From: Myxococcota bacterium
GTDB lineage: Bacteria; Myxococcota_A; Polyangia; Nannocystales; Nannocystaceae
Assembly: GCA_039028615.1 (NCBI GenBank)
Contig: JBCCHT010000045.1
Location: 1-64,000, forward strand
DNA length: 64,000 bases
Direction: 5' to 3'
The notes under the pieces are model-generated. The model was given only the letters and a program-made list of their open reading frames with translations. It did not search any database and was not told the DNA's origin. A program made the position numbers and the translations under genes. The first letter of the stretch is position 1. Each line of letters opens with the position of its first letter. Positions 19,533 through 29,176 of this stretch are shown one piece after another.

Positions 19533-21752
19533 ATGCCTGCTCGTCTTCGCCGGCTTCATCCGTTCATCGTCGTCGCGTTGGGGGCCGTGGCCTCCGTGCA
19601 CTGTCGCTCGCCCGAGCCCACCCCGCCGGTCGAGCTAGGCCCGGCAGAGGCAGGGCCGTCGTCGGACGCGCCGCGCGTCGATGACTGGACCGACGTGTCG
19701 GAGCAATTCGGTGAGCGCCGAGTGCTCAGCACGGGCACGGTGACGTTCCACAGCGGCACCATGGCGCTCGTGCGACCGCCGCAGGGACGGGCGCAACTAT
19801 GGGACCTGCGGAGCGTGCCGCCGCGTCGACAGGATCTCGAGGCGGGGCCGAACCCCGACGACGCGAAGTGCGAGAGGCTGCGGAGCGTCAGCCCGCACGG
19901 TGACCTGGTCGTCGGTGACGGGGTCTTGTGCACCATCGATGAGCCACGTCCGGGCGCCCCGGGGATTCGCTCGATGCGGGCCGTGAAGTCGGCACGGCAA
20001 GGGCGGTTCGGGTTCTGGCGCTTCGGCCCGGACGACGTGCGCGTGATCGAGTCGGCCAACGACCGCAAGACGTGGAAGCTTCGCCAGCACCTGCCCCCGC
20101 CCGAGGGTCCGCTCGCCGACGGAGTGGAGCTGGACATCGATGGCGTCACGATCGGGCGGGACTCCGCGTCCGGGATCTTGTGGTGCACCCCGCGGGCCTG
20201 CAAAGAAGCGCCCCTGCTCGATGCGATCGAAGGTCGGTGGCAATCGCGTCCGGTCGGGCTCCACGCCCATCGAATCCAGCGCTACTGGTGGCTCGACGAC
20301 ACCCTCATGCTCGTCGACAACGCGATGCAGCCCCCCCGAGTCTTGCGGGTGACCTCGGAGCCCGACGAGCCTGCCGTCGAGGAACTGTGTCGCTTCGGTC
20401 GCGAGCCGTCCTGGAACGTGGAGACCTGGAGCGTGGAGGGCGTCCATCGGGTCGTCACCCTCAGCACCATGGATAGCCCGGTGGTGTGGCGAATCGAATC
20501 GGGCCGATGTGTCCTCGAGCAAACTCTCCCCGCCGAGGGGCAGTGGTTTCGGTCGGTGGCGTATGTGCCCGAGATTCGTGGCCTCGGCGACGTTCTGTGG
20601 CTGGGCGCCCATGCGCCTTCGGGCGAAGATACGGTCGTGCTTCGGGCGCTGCCGATGCGGACCGGGCAGCTGCAGGTCGGCGCACAGAATGAGGCGGCCG
20701 CCGTGGTGGATTGGTCGCCTGCGCCCTTCGAGCAGCTCGGGATGTCGGGCCCTGCGTCCGAGGAGCAGTGGCCGCAGCTCGTGGGGACCGCTCGGCTCGA
20801 TACCGACGAGTCGTTTCAGCTCGACGTCGATCTGCGCAACGTCGGGAGCGCGGACAGCTGGTGGACTCGCGTGCGGGTGACCAGCACCCCTGCCGATGCG
20901 CTCCCCGACGGGTTCTTCGAGATCCCGGTGGGTCGACTCGAGCCCGGGGAACATCGGACGATCGAGGTCCCGCTGCCCATCCGCTCCGGCTGGCGGGAGC
21001 ACGAGGTCGGGTTCGTCGTGCGCTGGTCGGATGCCCACGAGCGCTCGACCGGCGGGGCTCGGTTTTCGTGGTGGCCGGATCTGGTGCAGAGCGCGGACGA
21101 CGAAGACCGCCTGGCGCAGAGCATCATCGAGGCCGGGGCCCGGGTGCTCGACCAGGTGACCGGGGAACCGCAGCGGGTGCGAGGCTCGAGCCTCGATCCC
21201 CACGAGTACGGCTTCTACACCTCGTACGGCGGCCGCGTGCACTACCAGCGCATGCACGGCATGGAGCCGACCCCGCTCGCGGTCAATCGCGAGGTGTGGC
21301 AGGCGAGGTCGGCCGACGAGCTCGAGCGACTGGTGGTGCCCATGCAGTGGTGGCTGCTGCCCCACGAACTCGGTCATACCCGGGTGCAGTGGGGCGGCTG
21401 GGACGAGGAGTTCCTGGCGGCGTGGGTCGGCGTGCTGCTCACCCGGCGCCTGCTCGGCGACGACCCCGAGTCCCTCGTTCGGCAGGGCTCGATGGTGCGG
21501 TTCTACGAGCAGGTGGTGCGGCGGCTCGATCCGCAGATCGACCCCGCGCTGGCCGAGCGGGTGCGGCTATTCCTCGCGGCACGAGGCAAGCAAGAGCCCC
21601 CGGGCGGCCTGTTCCAGCGGTTTACGCCGTCGACGGTGCTGCGAGACGACCCGGCCACCTACGTGTGGTTTCTCGGTCGGGTGAGCCTGTGGGCGCTCGA
21701 GCAGCCCGAGACCCTCGAAGACCTGCTCGGAACGGCCACCGAAGCGCCCTAG
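19533..21752 (+). CDS. Hypothetical exported protein with C-terminal HEXXH metalloprotease-like motif
   Basis: Signal/lipobox ASVHC; CARDB/Ig-like LRNVGSAD segment; PHELGH..DEE. Confidence 0.6.
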   Translation: MPARLRRLHPFIVVALGAVASVHCRSPEPTPPVELGPAEAGPSSDAPRVDDWTDVSEQFGERRVLSTGTVTFHSGTMALVRPPQGRAQLWDLRSVPPRRQDLEAGPNPDDAKCERLRSVSPHGDLVVGDGVLCTIDEPRPGAPGIRSMRAVKSARQGRFGFWRFGPDDVRVIESANDRKTWKLRQHLPPPEGPLADGVELDIDGVTIGRDSASGILWCTPRACKEAPLLDAIEGRWQSRPVGLHAHRIQRYWWLDDTLMLVDNAMQPPRVLRVTSEPDEPAVEELCRFGREPSWNVETWSVEGVHRVVTLSTMDSPVVWRIESGRCVLEQTLPAEGQWFRSVAYVPEIRGLGDVLWLGAHAPSGEDTVVLRALPMRTGQLQVGAQNEAAAVVDWSPAPFEQLGMSGPASEEQWPQLVGTARLDTDESFQLDVDLRNVGSADSWWTRVRVTSTPADALPDGFFEIPVGRLEPGEHRTIEVPLPIRSGWREHEVGFVVRWSDAHERSTGGARFSWWPDLVQSADDEDRLAQSIIEAGARVLDQVTGEPQRVRGSSLDPHEYGFYTSYGGRVHYQRMHGMEPTPLAVNREVWQARSADELERLVVPMQWWLLPHELGHTRVQWGGWDEEFLAAWVGVLLTRRLLGDDPESLVRQGSMVRFYEQVVRRLDPQIDPALAERVRLFLAARGKQEPPGGLFQRFTPSTVLRDDPATYVWFLGRVSLWALEQPETLEDLLGTATEAP

Positions 21753-21816
21753 ATCCGTTTCCGAGGTTTTTCGCGCCGAGGGGGAATCGAAGGGCGGCGG
21801 CCCGTCACACGTGGGT

Positions 21817-23058
21817 ATGTCTCATCGACGATTTGGAGTTCGGGGGGTCGCCGCTTCCGTGTTGATCGCCGGCTGTGCCGCGGACCCGCTAGAGCTCGAG
21901 CACGACGCGGGATCGACCGGCGGCGCGACGGGGGATGCGAGCGAGACCGGGGCCACGGGCAGCGACGAGGGAGAGGTCGGAGAGGTCGGCGAGACCCCCA
22001 ACACGGGCGGCGAGGCCACGCCCAACGCGGAAGCCTGCCTGCTGGGCCTGGCGTATACCGATGCGCTCCATGGGGTGAGCTCGGGGGCGATCGACTGTGA
22101 CGATTGTGATGACCTCATCCTCGAGAGCGTGCTGTGGGACGTCGAGCCGATGACGGGCGCGCGCGACGAGTTTGCGACGAGCGAGCACGACGAGGTCTTT
22201 CGCACCATCACCGCGATGCCCGACGGAGGCTTCGTGGTCTCCGGGGAGCTGGCGGCCCACCCGGTGGAGTCGTCACGGATGTGGCGGTATTCGGCCGCGG
22301 GCGCGCTGGAGTGGAGCGTGGAGGTCCCGGGAGGTACGCCCTATGACGTCGCCGTGCGGGGCGACGAGATCCTCGCGGTCAACTCCAACCGGGACTTGCT
22401 GGCGCTGTCGGGGGCGGACGGGGCCGTGCTGTGGGACAATACGGTGGGGCAGGGGGTGCCTCGGCATATCGAGGTCGACGCCACGGGAGCGATCTACACC
22501 GCCGGTCGCATCACGGAGTCTGGCGGCCGTCCCATCGCTCCCGCCGTCTTCGTTCGAAAGTATGAGGCCGATGGCCAGGTCGCCTGGGAGGCGGTGGAAT
22601 CTCCGCCGACGGACGACGGCAGCCTGGCACCGAGTGGGCTCGTCCTCGACGAGGCGGGAGGCGTGATCTTCGGGTTCTCCCCGGTCGATCTCCAGGCCGA
22701 CGACCTGATGGAGAGCTTCCGCAAGTACGACGCAGGCGGCAATGAGCAGTGGACCGTGGACTACGACGCCGACGGAGACCCGGCCGTGCCGACGCTCAGC
22801 ACCGTCACGCAGATGCACCCGCGCCCGGGCGGTGGCTTCATCGCGGCCGGGACGAGCTGGACGACCCGCGGGGCCACCTTCGTCGCGGCCTTCACCGCGG
22901 ACGGGGCCGAGTCGTGGACGAGCCTGGATGCGTACGGGCAGTACGACAACATCCAGATCCCCGCGCTCACGGTGGCGGGAACCACGGTCTACGCGAGCGG
23001 CTGCGGTCAGCGACCCGACGGCGGGGACGACAGCTGGTTGCTGGTGTTCGACCTGTAG
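21817..23058 (+). CDS. Lipoprotein with beta-propeller (PQQ-like repeat) domain
   Basis: Lipobox LIAGC; repeated RKYdA.G...W blades. Confidence 0.7.
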   Translation: MSHRRFGVRGVAASVLIAGCAADPLELEHDAGSTGGATGDASETGATGSDEGEVGEVGETPNTGGEATPNAEACLLGLAYTDALHGVSSGAIDCDDCDDLILESVLWDVEPMTGARDEFATSEHDEVFRTITAMPDGGFVVSGELAAHPVESSRMWRYSAAGALEWSVEVPGGTPYDVAVRGDEILAVNSNRDLLALSGADGAVLWDNTVGQGVPRHIEVDATGAIYTAGRITESGGRPIAPAVFVRKYEADGQVAWEAVESPPTDDGSLAPSGLVLDEAGGVIFGFSPVDLQADDLMESFRKYDAGGNEQWTVDYDADGDPAVPTLSTVTQMHPRPGGGFIAAGTSWTTRGATFVAAFTADGAESWTSLDAYGQYDNIQIPALTVAGTTVYASGCGQRPDGGDDSWLLVFDL

Positions 23059-23132
23059 CGCGGGCAGCCCGGTGGGTCACCGTCCGCGGTGGCCCGCGAG
23101 CCAGCGAGTTGCGGGCTTCGACCTCGCCCGCG

Positions 23133-24263
23133 TTAGAGCAGGCTCTTGATGTCGCTCACCGTGATCACCGCGATGAGCAGCAGCAGCGCCAGCATGCCGT
23201 AGCCGTGCACCAGCTCTTCGATGCGGGGGCTGGCCTTGCGGCGGCTGATGGCCTCGTAGCCGAGGAAGGTGAGCCGGCCACCGTCGAGGGCGGGCAGGGG
23301 CAGCAGGTTGAACATGCCCAGCAGGGTGCTGATGAGCGCCGCCGTCTTGAGGAAGGTGATGAGGCCGCTCTTCACGGAGCTGGCGATGTGGGCGACGATC
23401 TGGACGGGGCCGCCGACCTTGGCCTCGAGCTGCCCGGTGATGAGGCGGTAGAGCCCCACCAGCTGGACCTGCGTGACGCGGAAGGGCTCGCCGACGGCGA
23501 GGGTGGCCGCCTCGCCGGTCCCCACTTCGCGTCGGTCGGACCCGGTGGCGAGCATGGCCCCGAGCGCGGGCTCGTCCTCGTCGGCGTTGGGGGTTACGGG
23601 GATGACCAGCTGCTCTTCGCCGCGCTGGACGGTGATGTCGACCGTCTGGCCGCGGAAGGGCTTGGTCACCGAGACGACGCCCGGGGTGCCTTCGGCGGGG
23701 TCGATGGCGGTCTCGCCCACCTTGATGATGTGGTCGCCGACCTCCATGCCCGCGGTGGCAGCGGGCTGGCCGTCGGTGAGCTGGGTGACCTCGACGCGAT
23801 TGACGGGTCCGTCGACGCCCGCGGCGATGAACACCACGAAGAAGAGGATCATCGCGGTCAGGTAGTTGGCGATGGGCCCGCCCGCGAGCACGGCCGCGCG
23901 TGCCCACAGCGGCTTGTCGCGGAAGTTGTGCGAGCGCTGCTCGGCCTGGCTGGCCGCGCGCGCCTTGGCCCACGCGTCCTTGTCGAGATCGTCGAGGTCT
24001 TCGAGATCTTCGCCGTCGACGACCGCCGGGCCGTGTCCAGGCTCTGGCTCCATGCCCCGGATGAGCACGTAGGCGCCGAACGGAATCGCGCTGACCACGA
24101 ACTCGGTGCCGCGCCAGGTCCCCAGCTTCAGGATGGCCGGGCCGATGCCGAAGACGCTGAAGCGGTCGACCTTCATCCCGGTCCACACCGCGGCCAGGTA
24201 GTGCCCCAGCTCGTGGAGGATGATGACGACGCAAAGCGCCACGATTGCGGCCAGGACCGACAT
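23133..24263 (-). CDS. rseP: Site-2 intramembrane zinc protease (M50, RseP-like) with PDZ domain
   Basis: HELGH, AIPFGAYV, LAGGPIAN, PDZ (PAATAGMEVGD), FNLLPLPALDGG. Confidence 0.88.
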   Translation of the reverse strand: MSVLAAIVALCVVIILHELGHYLAAVWTGMKVDRFSVFGIGPAILKLGTWRGTEFVVSAIPFGAYVLIRGMEPEPGHGPAVVDGEDLEDLDDLDKDAWAKARAASQAEQRSHNFRDKPLWARAAVLAGGPIANYLTAMILFFVVFIAAGVDGPVNRVEVTQLTDGQPAATAGMEVGDHIIKVGETAIDPAEGTPGVVSVTKPFRGQTVDITVQRGEEQLVIPVTPNADEDEPALGAMLATGSDRREVGTGEAATLAVGEPFRVTQVQLVGLYRLITGQLEAKVGGPVQIVAHIASSVKSGLITFLKTAALISTLLGMFNLLPLPALDGGRLTFLGYEAISRRKASPRIEELVHGYGMLALLLLIAVITVSDIKSLL

Positions 24264-24314
24264 GGCGCGACTATAGCAGCCCCCGCGCGCAGCGCAGCCG
24301 AGCGGCCGTTTGCG

Positions 24315-24920
24315 CTAATCGAGGATGCCGGGTCGATCGAGGCGACCGAGTCCGAGGCGCCCCAGCTTGCCGCGGACGAACAACCGCGCCCGATGAGCCG
24401 CGCCGCGCTTGGTCGGTGGGCTCCACACCGGCTGGATGTTTTGTCCGCGCAGGTGTCGAGTGACTGCTTGTTGAGCGGAGACGAGGCCGCCCGAAAGCCG
24501 CGGGAGCACGGTGATGCCGAGCGGTTGATCGACCACCAACATCTCGCCGGGAATGATCGCCGCGCGGTGTCCGCCCAGGACTTGTCCCATGCCCCACGCA
24601 CCGAGTTCGGGATCGAGCGGGCGGTCCATCACCAGCCAGACCGACCCGCGGGCCAGTCGGGATGCGCGACGGATGGCGTGTCCGGGTTCCACGTCTTGTA
24701 CGGTACGGAGCCCGGAGATCTTGCTGTGGAGCAAGCTCAAGACACTCAGCGTGTTGTCGCCCGACCGCTGATCGAGCGCCAAGATCTCCGTCTCGAGATC
24801 GCCTCGACCGGTGGGAGGCGGGAGCCGCTCGCTGATGGATGCCGCGGCACGGACCGTAGCGGCGATCTGGGTCTCTTGGTCCCGCAGGGGGATGATCAGC
24901 GTAACGTCGATCTCGCTCAC
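24315..24920 (-). CDS. Short glycosyltransferase family 2-like protein
   Basis: VTLIIPLRDQETQI and EILALDQRSGDNT resemble the GT2 N-terminus; GTG start. Confidence 0.55.
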   Translation of the reverse strand: MSEIDVTLIIPLRDQETQIAATVRAAASISERLPPPTGRGDLETEILALDQRSGDNTLSVLSLLHSKISGLRTVQDVEPGHAIRRASRLARGSVWLVMDRPLDPELGAWGMGQVLGGHRAAIIPGEMLVVDQPLGITVLPRLSGGLVSAQQAVTRHLRGQNIQPVWSPPTKRGAAHRARLFVRGKLGRLGLGRLDRPGILD

Positions 24921-25151
24921 GATTGGGCCACTTTTTAGCTTCCAATGAGGATCGCCCGCGGTCAAGTGCGTGCCGGTGTTCACGCTTCGGCCGGAGGTGG
25001 ATCGATAGCGCCATGCCCGCAAAAAAAGGGCCGGCGCGACGCAACGCACTAGGGCCCGGGGTCGAGATCCACAGCGCTCTTTCGTACTCTGTGCAACCCT
25101 TTTCGCGCGTATACCGCCCGGACGGCGGCGCGCCTCAGGAGCCCAACCGAC

Positions 25152-25808
25152 ATGGCGGGTATCAACAAGGTCATCATCATCGGCAACCTCGGGCGGGATC
25201 CCGAGTTGCGGTACACGCAAGGCGGATCCGCGGTGTGCAACCTCTCCGTTGCAACCACCCGGTCCTACAACAACCAACGCACCAACGAGCGCGTCGAGGA
25301 AACCGAGTGGCATCGGATCGTCGTGTGGGGCAAGCAGGCGGAGTTCTGCAACCAATACCTGTCCAAGGGTCGGCAGTGCTACGTCGAGGGTCGTCTTCAG
25401 ACCCGTAGCTACGAAGACAAAGAAGGTATCAAGCGCTACTCCACCGAGATCGTGGCCGACACGGTGCAGTTCCTCGGCGGTCGCGGTGGCGGCGGTGACG
25501 ACCGTGGCGGTGGCGGTGGCGGTGGAGGCTACGGCGGCGGTCGTGGTGGCGGCGGCGGCTACGATGGTGGCGGCGGCGGTGGCTACGACGGTGGCGGCGG
25601 CGGTGGAAACTACGGCGGCGGTGGCGGTGGCGGTGGCTACGGTGGCGGCGGCGGTGGTGGAAACTACGGCGGCGGCGGTGGTGGTGGTCGCGGTGGCCCC
25701 GAGCAAGGTCCTTCCGGTGGCGGCGGAGGTGGTGGTGGTGGTGGCGGCGGAGGCGGCTACGACAACAACTACATCCCCGAGCCGGCCGACGACGACATCC
25801 CGTTCTAG
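25152..25808 (+). CDS. ssb: Single-stranded DNA-binding protein
   Basis: [40 protein letters not shown]-terminal DDDIPF. Confidence 0.97.
   Translation: MAGINKVIIIGNLGRDPELRYTQGGSAVCNLSVATTRSYNNQRTNERVEETEWHRIVVWGKQAEFCNQYLSKGRQCYVEGRLQTRSYEDKEGIKRYSTEIVADTVQFLGGRGGGGDDRGGGGGGGGYGGGRGGGGGYDGGGGGGYDGGGGGGNYGGGGGGGGYGGGGGGGNYGGGGGGGRGGPEQGPSGGGGGGGGGGGGGGYDNNYIPEPADDDIPF
25476..25760 (+). repeat. GGC/GGT low-complexity tract encoding the Gly/Tyr-rich SSB linker
   Basis: Poly-Gly runs punctuated by Y, YD and NY. Confidence 0.85.
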
Positions 25809-25815
25809 GGAACGT

Positions 25816-26838
25816 ATGGTCGACCACGCTGCCAACCGGGCTCGCCCACGCTTCGGCCGTTGGGCGGGCGTGGGAGCGTGGTTGTTGGCTTCGTGTTCGC
25901 CGGCCAACCCCGCTTCGGTGGCGCCGGTCGAGCCCGCCGTGTCTCCGGCCGAGCCCACGGGTCCGGTCGGTCTCGTCTTACCCACGCGGTTCGAGGCCGA
26001 TCGCATCTTCCTCGAGCTGAAGACGGCGCAGGGCGAGCCCCTGCGCATGTACACCGATACGGGCGGCGGCCTGTATCTGCTCGACGCCGTGGCGCAGCGG
26101 CTCGGGCTTCCGCTCGAGGCCGCGCGTGGTGAAGGCGACGAGGCGATCGAGGTGGTCACGCTGCCCCCGCTCGATCCTTCCACCGCCATGCCTCCCGTGC
26201 TCGTGCTCGACGGGCGCTTGCCGGTCGCTCGCCAGGCGCCCTTCGGGGATATCTTCGGCGACGGCATGCTGGGCGCGGGTTGGTTTCGCGATCGGGTCTG
26301 GACCTTCGACTACGACGCCGAGACCCTGGTGCTGCACGAGGCGTCGCTCCCCTGCGACGGCAGCCTGCTTCCGCTGGGCTTCGCCGAGTACGAGGGGCGA
26401 CGCACCGCTCACTACCCGCGGGTCCAGGCCACCATCGATGGCCGGGTGCACGACTTGCTCTTCGACAGCGGGGCCACCGTGCTGCTCACCGAGCCGGGCC
26501 TGGCCGGGCTGAACGACGGCGGTCCCACCGAGCGGGCCACGAGCTTCATCGTGCGCAGCATCTTCGAACGCTGGCGGGCGGCGCATCCCGACTGGCGCGT
26601 CATCGAAGGGGCCGACCGCATGGGGGGCGACCCGATGATCGAGGTCCCCGAGGTCACCTTGGGCGAGCTGGTGGTGGGCCCGGTCTGGTTCACCGCTCGC
26701 GAAGACCCCAACTTTCGCGAGTTCATGTCGCAGTGGATGGACCGCGAGATCGACGGGGCGCTGGGAGGCTCGGCGCTCGCGTACTTGCGGGTCACGCTCG
26801 ACTATCCGCGCGCGGAAGTCTGCCTGAGCGCGCCCTAG
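25816..26838 (+). CDS. Lipoprotein, bilobed aspartic protease-like (pepsin/retropepsin fold)
   Basis: Lipobox LLASC; two catalytic-type motifs YTDTGG and LFDSGA, each followed by a DG(M/A)LG motif. Confidence 0.7.
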   Translation: MVDHAANRARPRFGRWAGVGAWLLASCSPANPASVAPVEPAVSPAEPTGPVGLVLPTRFEADRIFLELKTAQGEPLRMYTDTGGGLYLLDAVAQRLGLPLEAARGEGDEAIEVVTLPPLDPSTAMPPVLVLDGRLPVARQAPFGDIFGDGMLGAGWFRDRVWTFDYDAETLVLHEASLPCDGSLLPLGFAEYEGRRTAHYPRVQATIDGRVHDLLFDSGATVLLTEPGLAGLNDGGPTERATSFIVRSIFERWRAAHPDWRVIEGADRMGGDPMIEVPEVTLGELVVGPVWFTAREDPNFREFMSQWMDREIDGALGGSALAYLRVTLDYPRAEVCLSAP

Positions 26839-26905
26839 CGGCCGTGGTGGTCGGGCCGAACTCGGTGCCTACGCGGCCTGCGTTTTCGCGGGTACCATCG
26901 CTTCG

Positions 26906-28108
26906 ATGATCGCCCTGCGTCCCTGCCTCGGTATCGGAATCCTCGTGACCATGGCCGTCGCCTGTGACGGAGCGAAGAAGGACCCGGCCCCGAACGCGGA
27001 TGCCAAGACCAAGGCGGCGCCCAAGGCCGACGCCGACGAGGCCGACGGGGACGCGAAGGCCGACGACAAGGCGCCGGACGAGAAAAAGGCCGAGGCCAAG
27101 CCGGCGGTGCACCTCGAGGCGGGGAGCCCGGTGGCGAATCCCGATGGGGCACCGCCCGCCTTCGGCCCGGGCGGTGCCGAGGGGCCGACCGGGGTGCATC
27201 CGCGACTGTCGGTGCTGCCCACCCCCGACCTGGCGGTGGTCATCAACGACCGCGGGGTGGTGGCGCTCGATGCCACGGGCAAGGAGGTGGGCCTGCTGAC
27301 CTCGACCAAGCCCGAGTGGTGCCGGGTCGATCCGCGCGCCAACGTCCTGTGGATGCTCGGCGGTGACATTCGGACGCTGTCCATGCTCGACCTGCAGAGC
27401 GACGAGCCGGCGGTGGAGCTGCTCGAGAGCGCTCCCGACACGGTGGTCATCAAGTATCCCGACGAGCAGCTCGGCCAGCCCGAGGGACACACCTATCGCG
27501 AGGGCGTGGTGGTGAACATGTCCGACCCGCCGCGGCTCGAGTCCACCGTGGGCTGCGAAGGCGACATGAGCTGGTACTGCTTCGAGGGCGAGGACAACGA
27601 CGAAAAGGCCCGCAAGCGGCTGATCGCCGACCTGAACAAAGAGCTCGCGGGGACCAAGCTCCCGGTGGAGGCGATGTCCAAGATCATTGCGCGCAGCGTG
27701 GGGGGCAAGGCGACCATCCCCGATCCGGGGCGGACCCCGACGCCGACCAAGGTCAGCATCCCCACCGACGGGTGCAAGGAAGCCCCGGACGCGTGCGGCG
27801 AGGCCAGCCCCCTGCCGGGCACGCGCTTTTGGAAGGTCGTGGTGGCCAACGACCGCGGCGATTTCTACCACGAGGACTTTCAGCTCTTCGATCCGCTGGC
27901 CAAGGAGTTCTTCGATCCCGCCGATCCGAAGGGGCGCTCGAAGGGGCCGCTGGCGCTCGACCGCGAGGGGGCCTTCGTGCCCGAGGTGGTGGCGCCGTCG
28001 GGAACGCTGGCGCTGAGCTACGACTCGCTCGTGCAGCTGAGCGGGGGCGTCGTCGCCAAGGGGCTCGCGGGCAACTGCGGCTTCTGGGGCGGCGGCTGGG
28101 AGCTGTGA
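26906..28108 (+). CDS. Hypothetical lipoprotein
   Basis: Lipobox MAVAC; Lys/Ala/Asp linker; Cys pairs. Confidence 0.7.
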   Translation: MIALRPCLGIGILVTMAVACDGAKKDPAPNADAKTKAAPKADADEADGDAKADDKAPDEKKAEAKPAVHLEAGSPVANPDGAPPAFGPGGAEGPTGVHPRLSVLPTPDLAVVINDRGVVALDATGKEVGLLTSTKPEWCRVDPRANVLWMLGGDIRTLSMLDLQSDEPAVELLESAPDTVVIKYPDEQLGQPEGHTYREGVVVNMSDPPRLESTVGCEGDMSWYCFEGEDNDEKARKRLIADLNKELAGTKLPVEAMSKIIARSVGGKATIPDPGRTPTPTKVSIPTDGCKEAPDACGEASPLPGTRFWKVVVANDRGDFYHEDFQLFDPLAKEFFDPADPKGRSKGPLALDREGAFVPEVVAPSGTLALSYDSLVQLSGGVVAKGLAGNCGFWGGGWEL

Positions 28109-28142
28109 GGTCGAAGCCTCGCGGGCGTGCTACACCGACGCC

Positions 28143-28703
28143 GTGCCCCGCGCTCGCGAGTTCGACGTGGACGAGGCCCTCGACGCGGCCGTCGACGTCC
28201 TGTGGCGTCAGGGCTACGCCGCGACCTCGGTGCGGCAGCTGTGCGAGGCCATGGGCATCCAGGCGGGCAGCTTCTACGCCGCCTTTCAGAGCAAGGACGA
28301 GTGTTTTCGGCGCTCGCTGGCCCGCTACGTCGAGGTCCAGCTTCCGCGGCTTCCGCCCGGTCCGCAGGCGGTGAGCGCCTGGCTGTGGGCCATCTCGTCG
28401 CCTGCGCGGCGCGGCCAGGGCTGCTTGCTGGTCAACTCGGCGGTGGAGCTTCCCGGGCTCGATCCCCAGAGCCAGGCGTGGGTGGCCAAGCGGCTGCGGG
28501 CGCTCGAGGCCTTCTTCGCGCGCTGCCTCGAGGGCCGTGAGCACGGCAAGCGCGACGCCGAGTTCCTCGCGGCCACCGTGGTGTCGATCCACGTGATGTC
28601 GCGCAGCGGCAGCAGCCCCGCCAAGCTGCGCCGCATCGCCGCCCGAGCGCTTTCGGTCTCCGGCCTCGAGATCCCGTCTGGAACGGGCATTCGGCCCGAC
28701 TGA
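28143..28703 (+). CDS. TetR/AcrR-family transcriptional regulator
   Basis: MPRAREFD..ALDAA..LWRQGYAATS, SFYAAFQSK, GCLLVNS. Confidence 0.92.
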   Translation: MPRAREFDVDEALDAAVDVLWRQGYAATSVRQLCEAMGIQAGSFYAAFQSKDECFRRSLARYVEVQLPRLPPGPQAVSAWLWAISSPARRGQGCLLVNSAVELPGLDPQSQAWVAKRLRALEAFFARCLEGREHGKRDAEFLAATVVSIHVMSRSGSSPAKLRRIAARALSVSGLEIPSGTGIRPD

Positions 28704-28797
28704 CGCGCGCCCGACACACCATTTCGCGCCCGCGCCCCGGGAGCCGTGTGCAGACCCTCATGGGGCGCGCTGACGGCGACATCGATTTGTCCTCGAC

Positions 28798-28823
28798 AAT
28801 ATTTGAACGATCGTTCAAATATT
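28798..28823. promoter_or_regulatory. Perfect 26-bp palindrome, probable TetR operator
   Basis: AATATTTGAACGATCGTTCAAATATT, 5 nt before the DUF1304 gene start and just downstream of a TetR gene. Confidence 0.75.
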
Positions 28824-28828
28824 AACTC

Positions 28829-29176
28829 GTGATCGGACTTTCTCTCGCAGTCTTCGTCGCGGTGGCGCACGTCGGGTTCATGGTGCTCGAGACCTTCCTG
28901 TGGACGACGCCCGCCGTGCGTCGGCGGTTCCAGCAGTCGCCCGAGGACGCGGAGACCACCCGGGTGCTCGCCGCCAACCAGGGCGTCTACAACGGCGCGC
29001 TCGGGGCCGCGTTGCTGTGGTCGGTGTTCCGCGGCGAGACGGCGAGCATCACCGTGCTGCTCGCCTTCGTCGTCGTGGTGGGTCTTTACGGGGGCTATAG
29101 CGCCAAGCGCAGCATCTTGGTGATCCAAGCGCTGCCCGCCGCCATCGCGCTGGGCCTCGTGCTCCAGGGCATCTAG
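28829..29176 (+). CDS. DUF1304-family membrane protein
   Basis: H.GFMVLETFLW, LAANQGVYNG, IQALPA. Confidence 0.88.
   Translation: MIGLSLAVFVAVAHVGFMVLETFLWTTPAVRRRFQQSPEDAETTRVLAANQGVYNGALGAALLWSVFRGETASITVLLAFVVVVGLYGGYSAKRSILVIQALPAAIALGLVLQGI

Noticed and set aside
25020..25060. Hairpin plus T7 run on the - strand upstream of the GT2-like gene (possible attenuator)
   Set aside because: The stem is weak and irregular, and no aptamer or leader peptide is recognisable.
24921..26267. Long N-terminal extension of the 650-aa - strand ORF, and of the + strand 25249 ORF
   Set aside because: Ala/Thr/Val runs are alternate readings of the ssb Gly tract; only the C-terminal parts look like real proteins.
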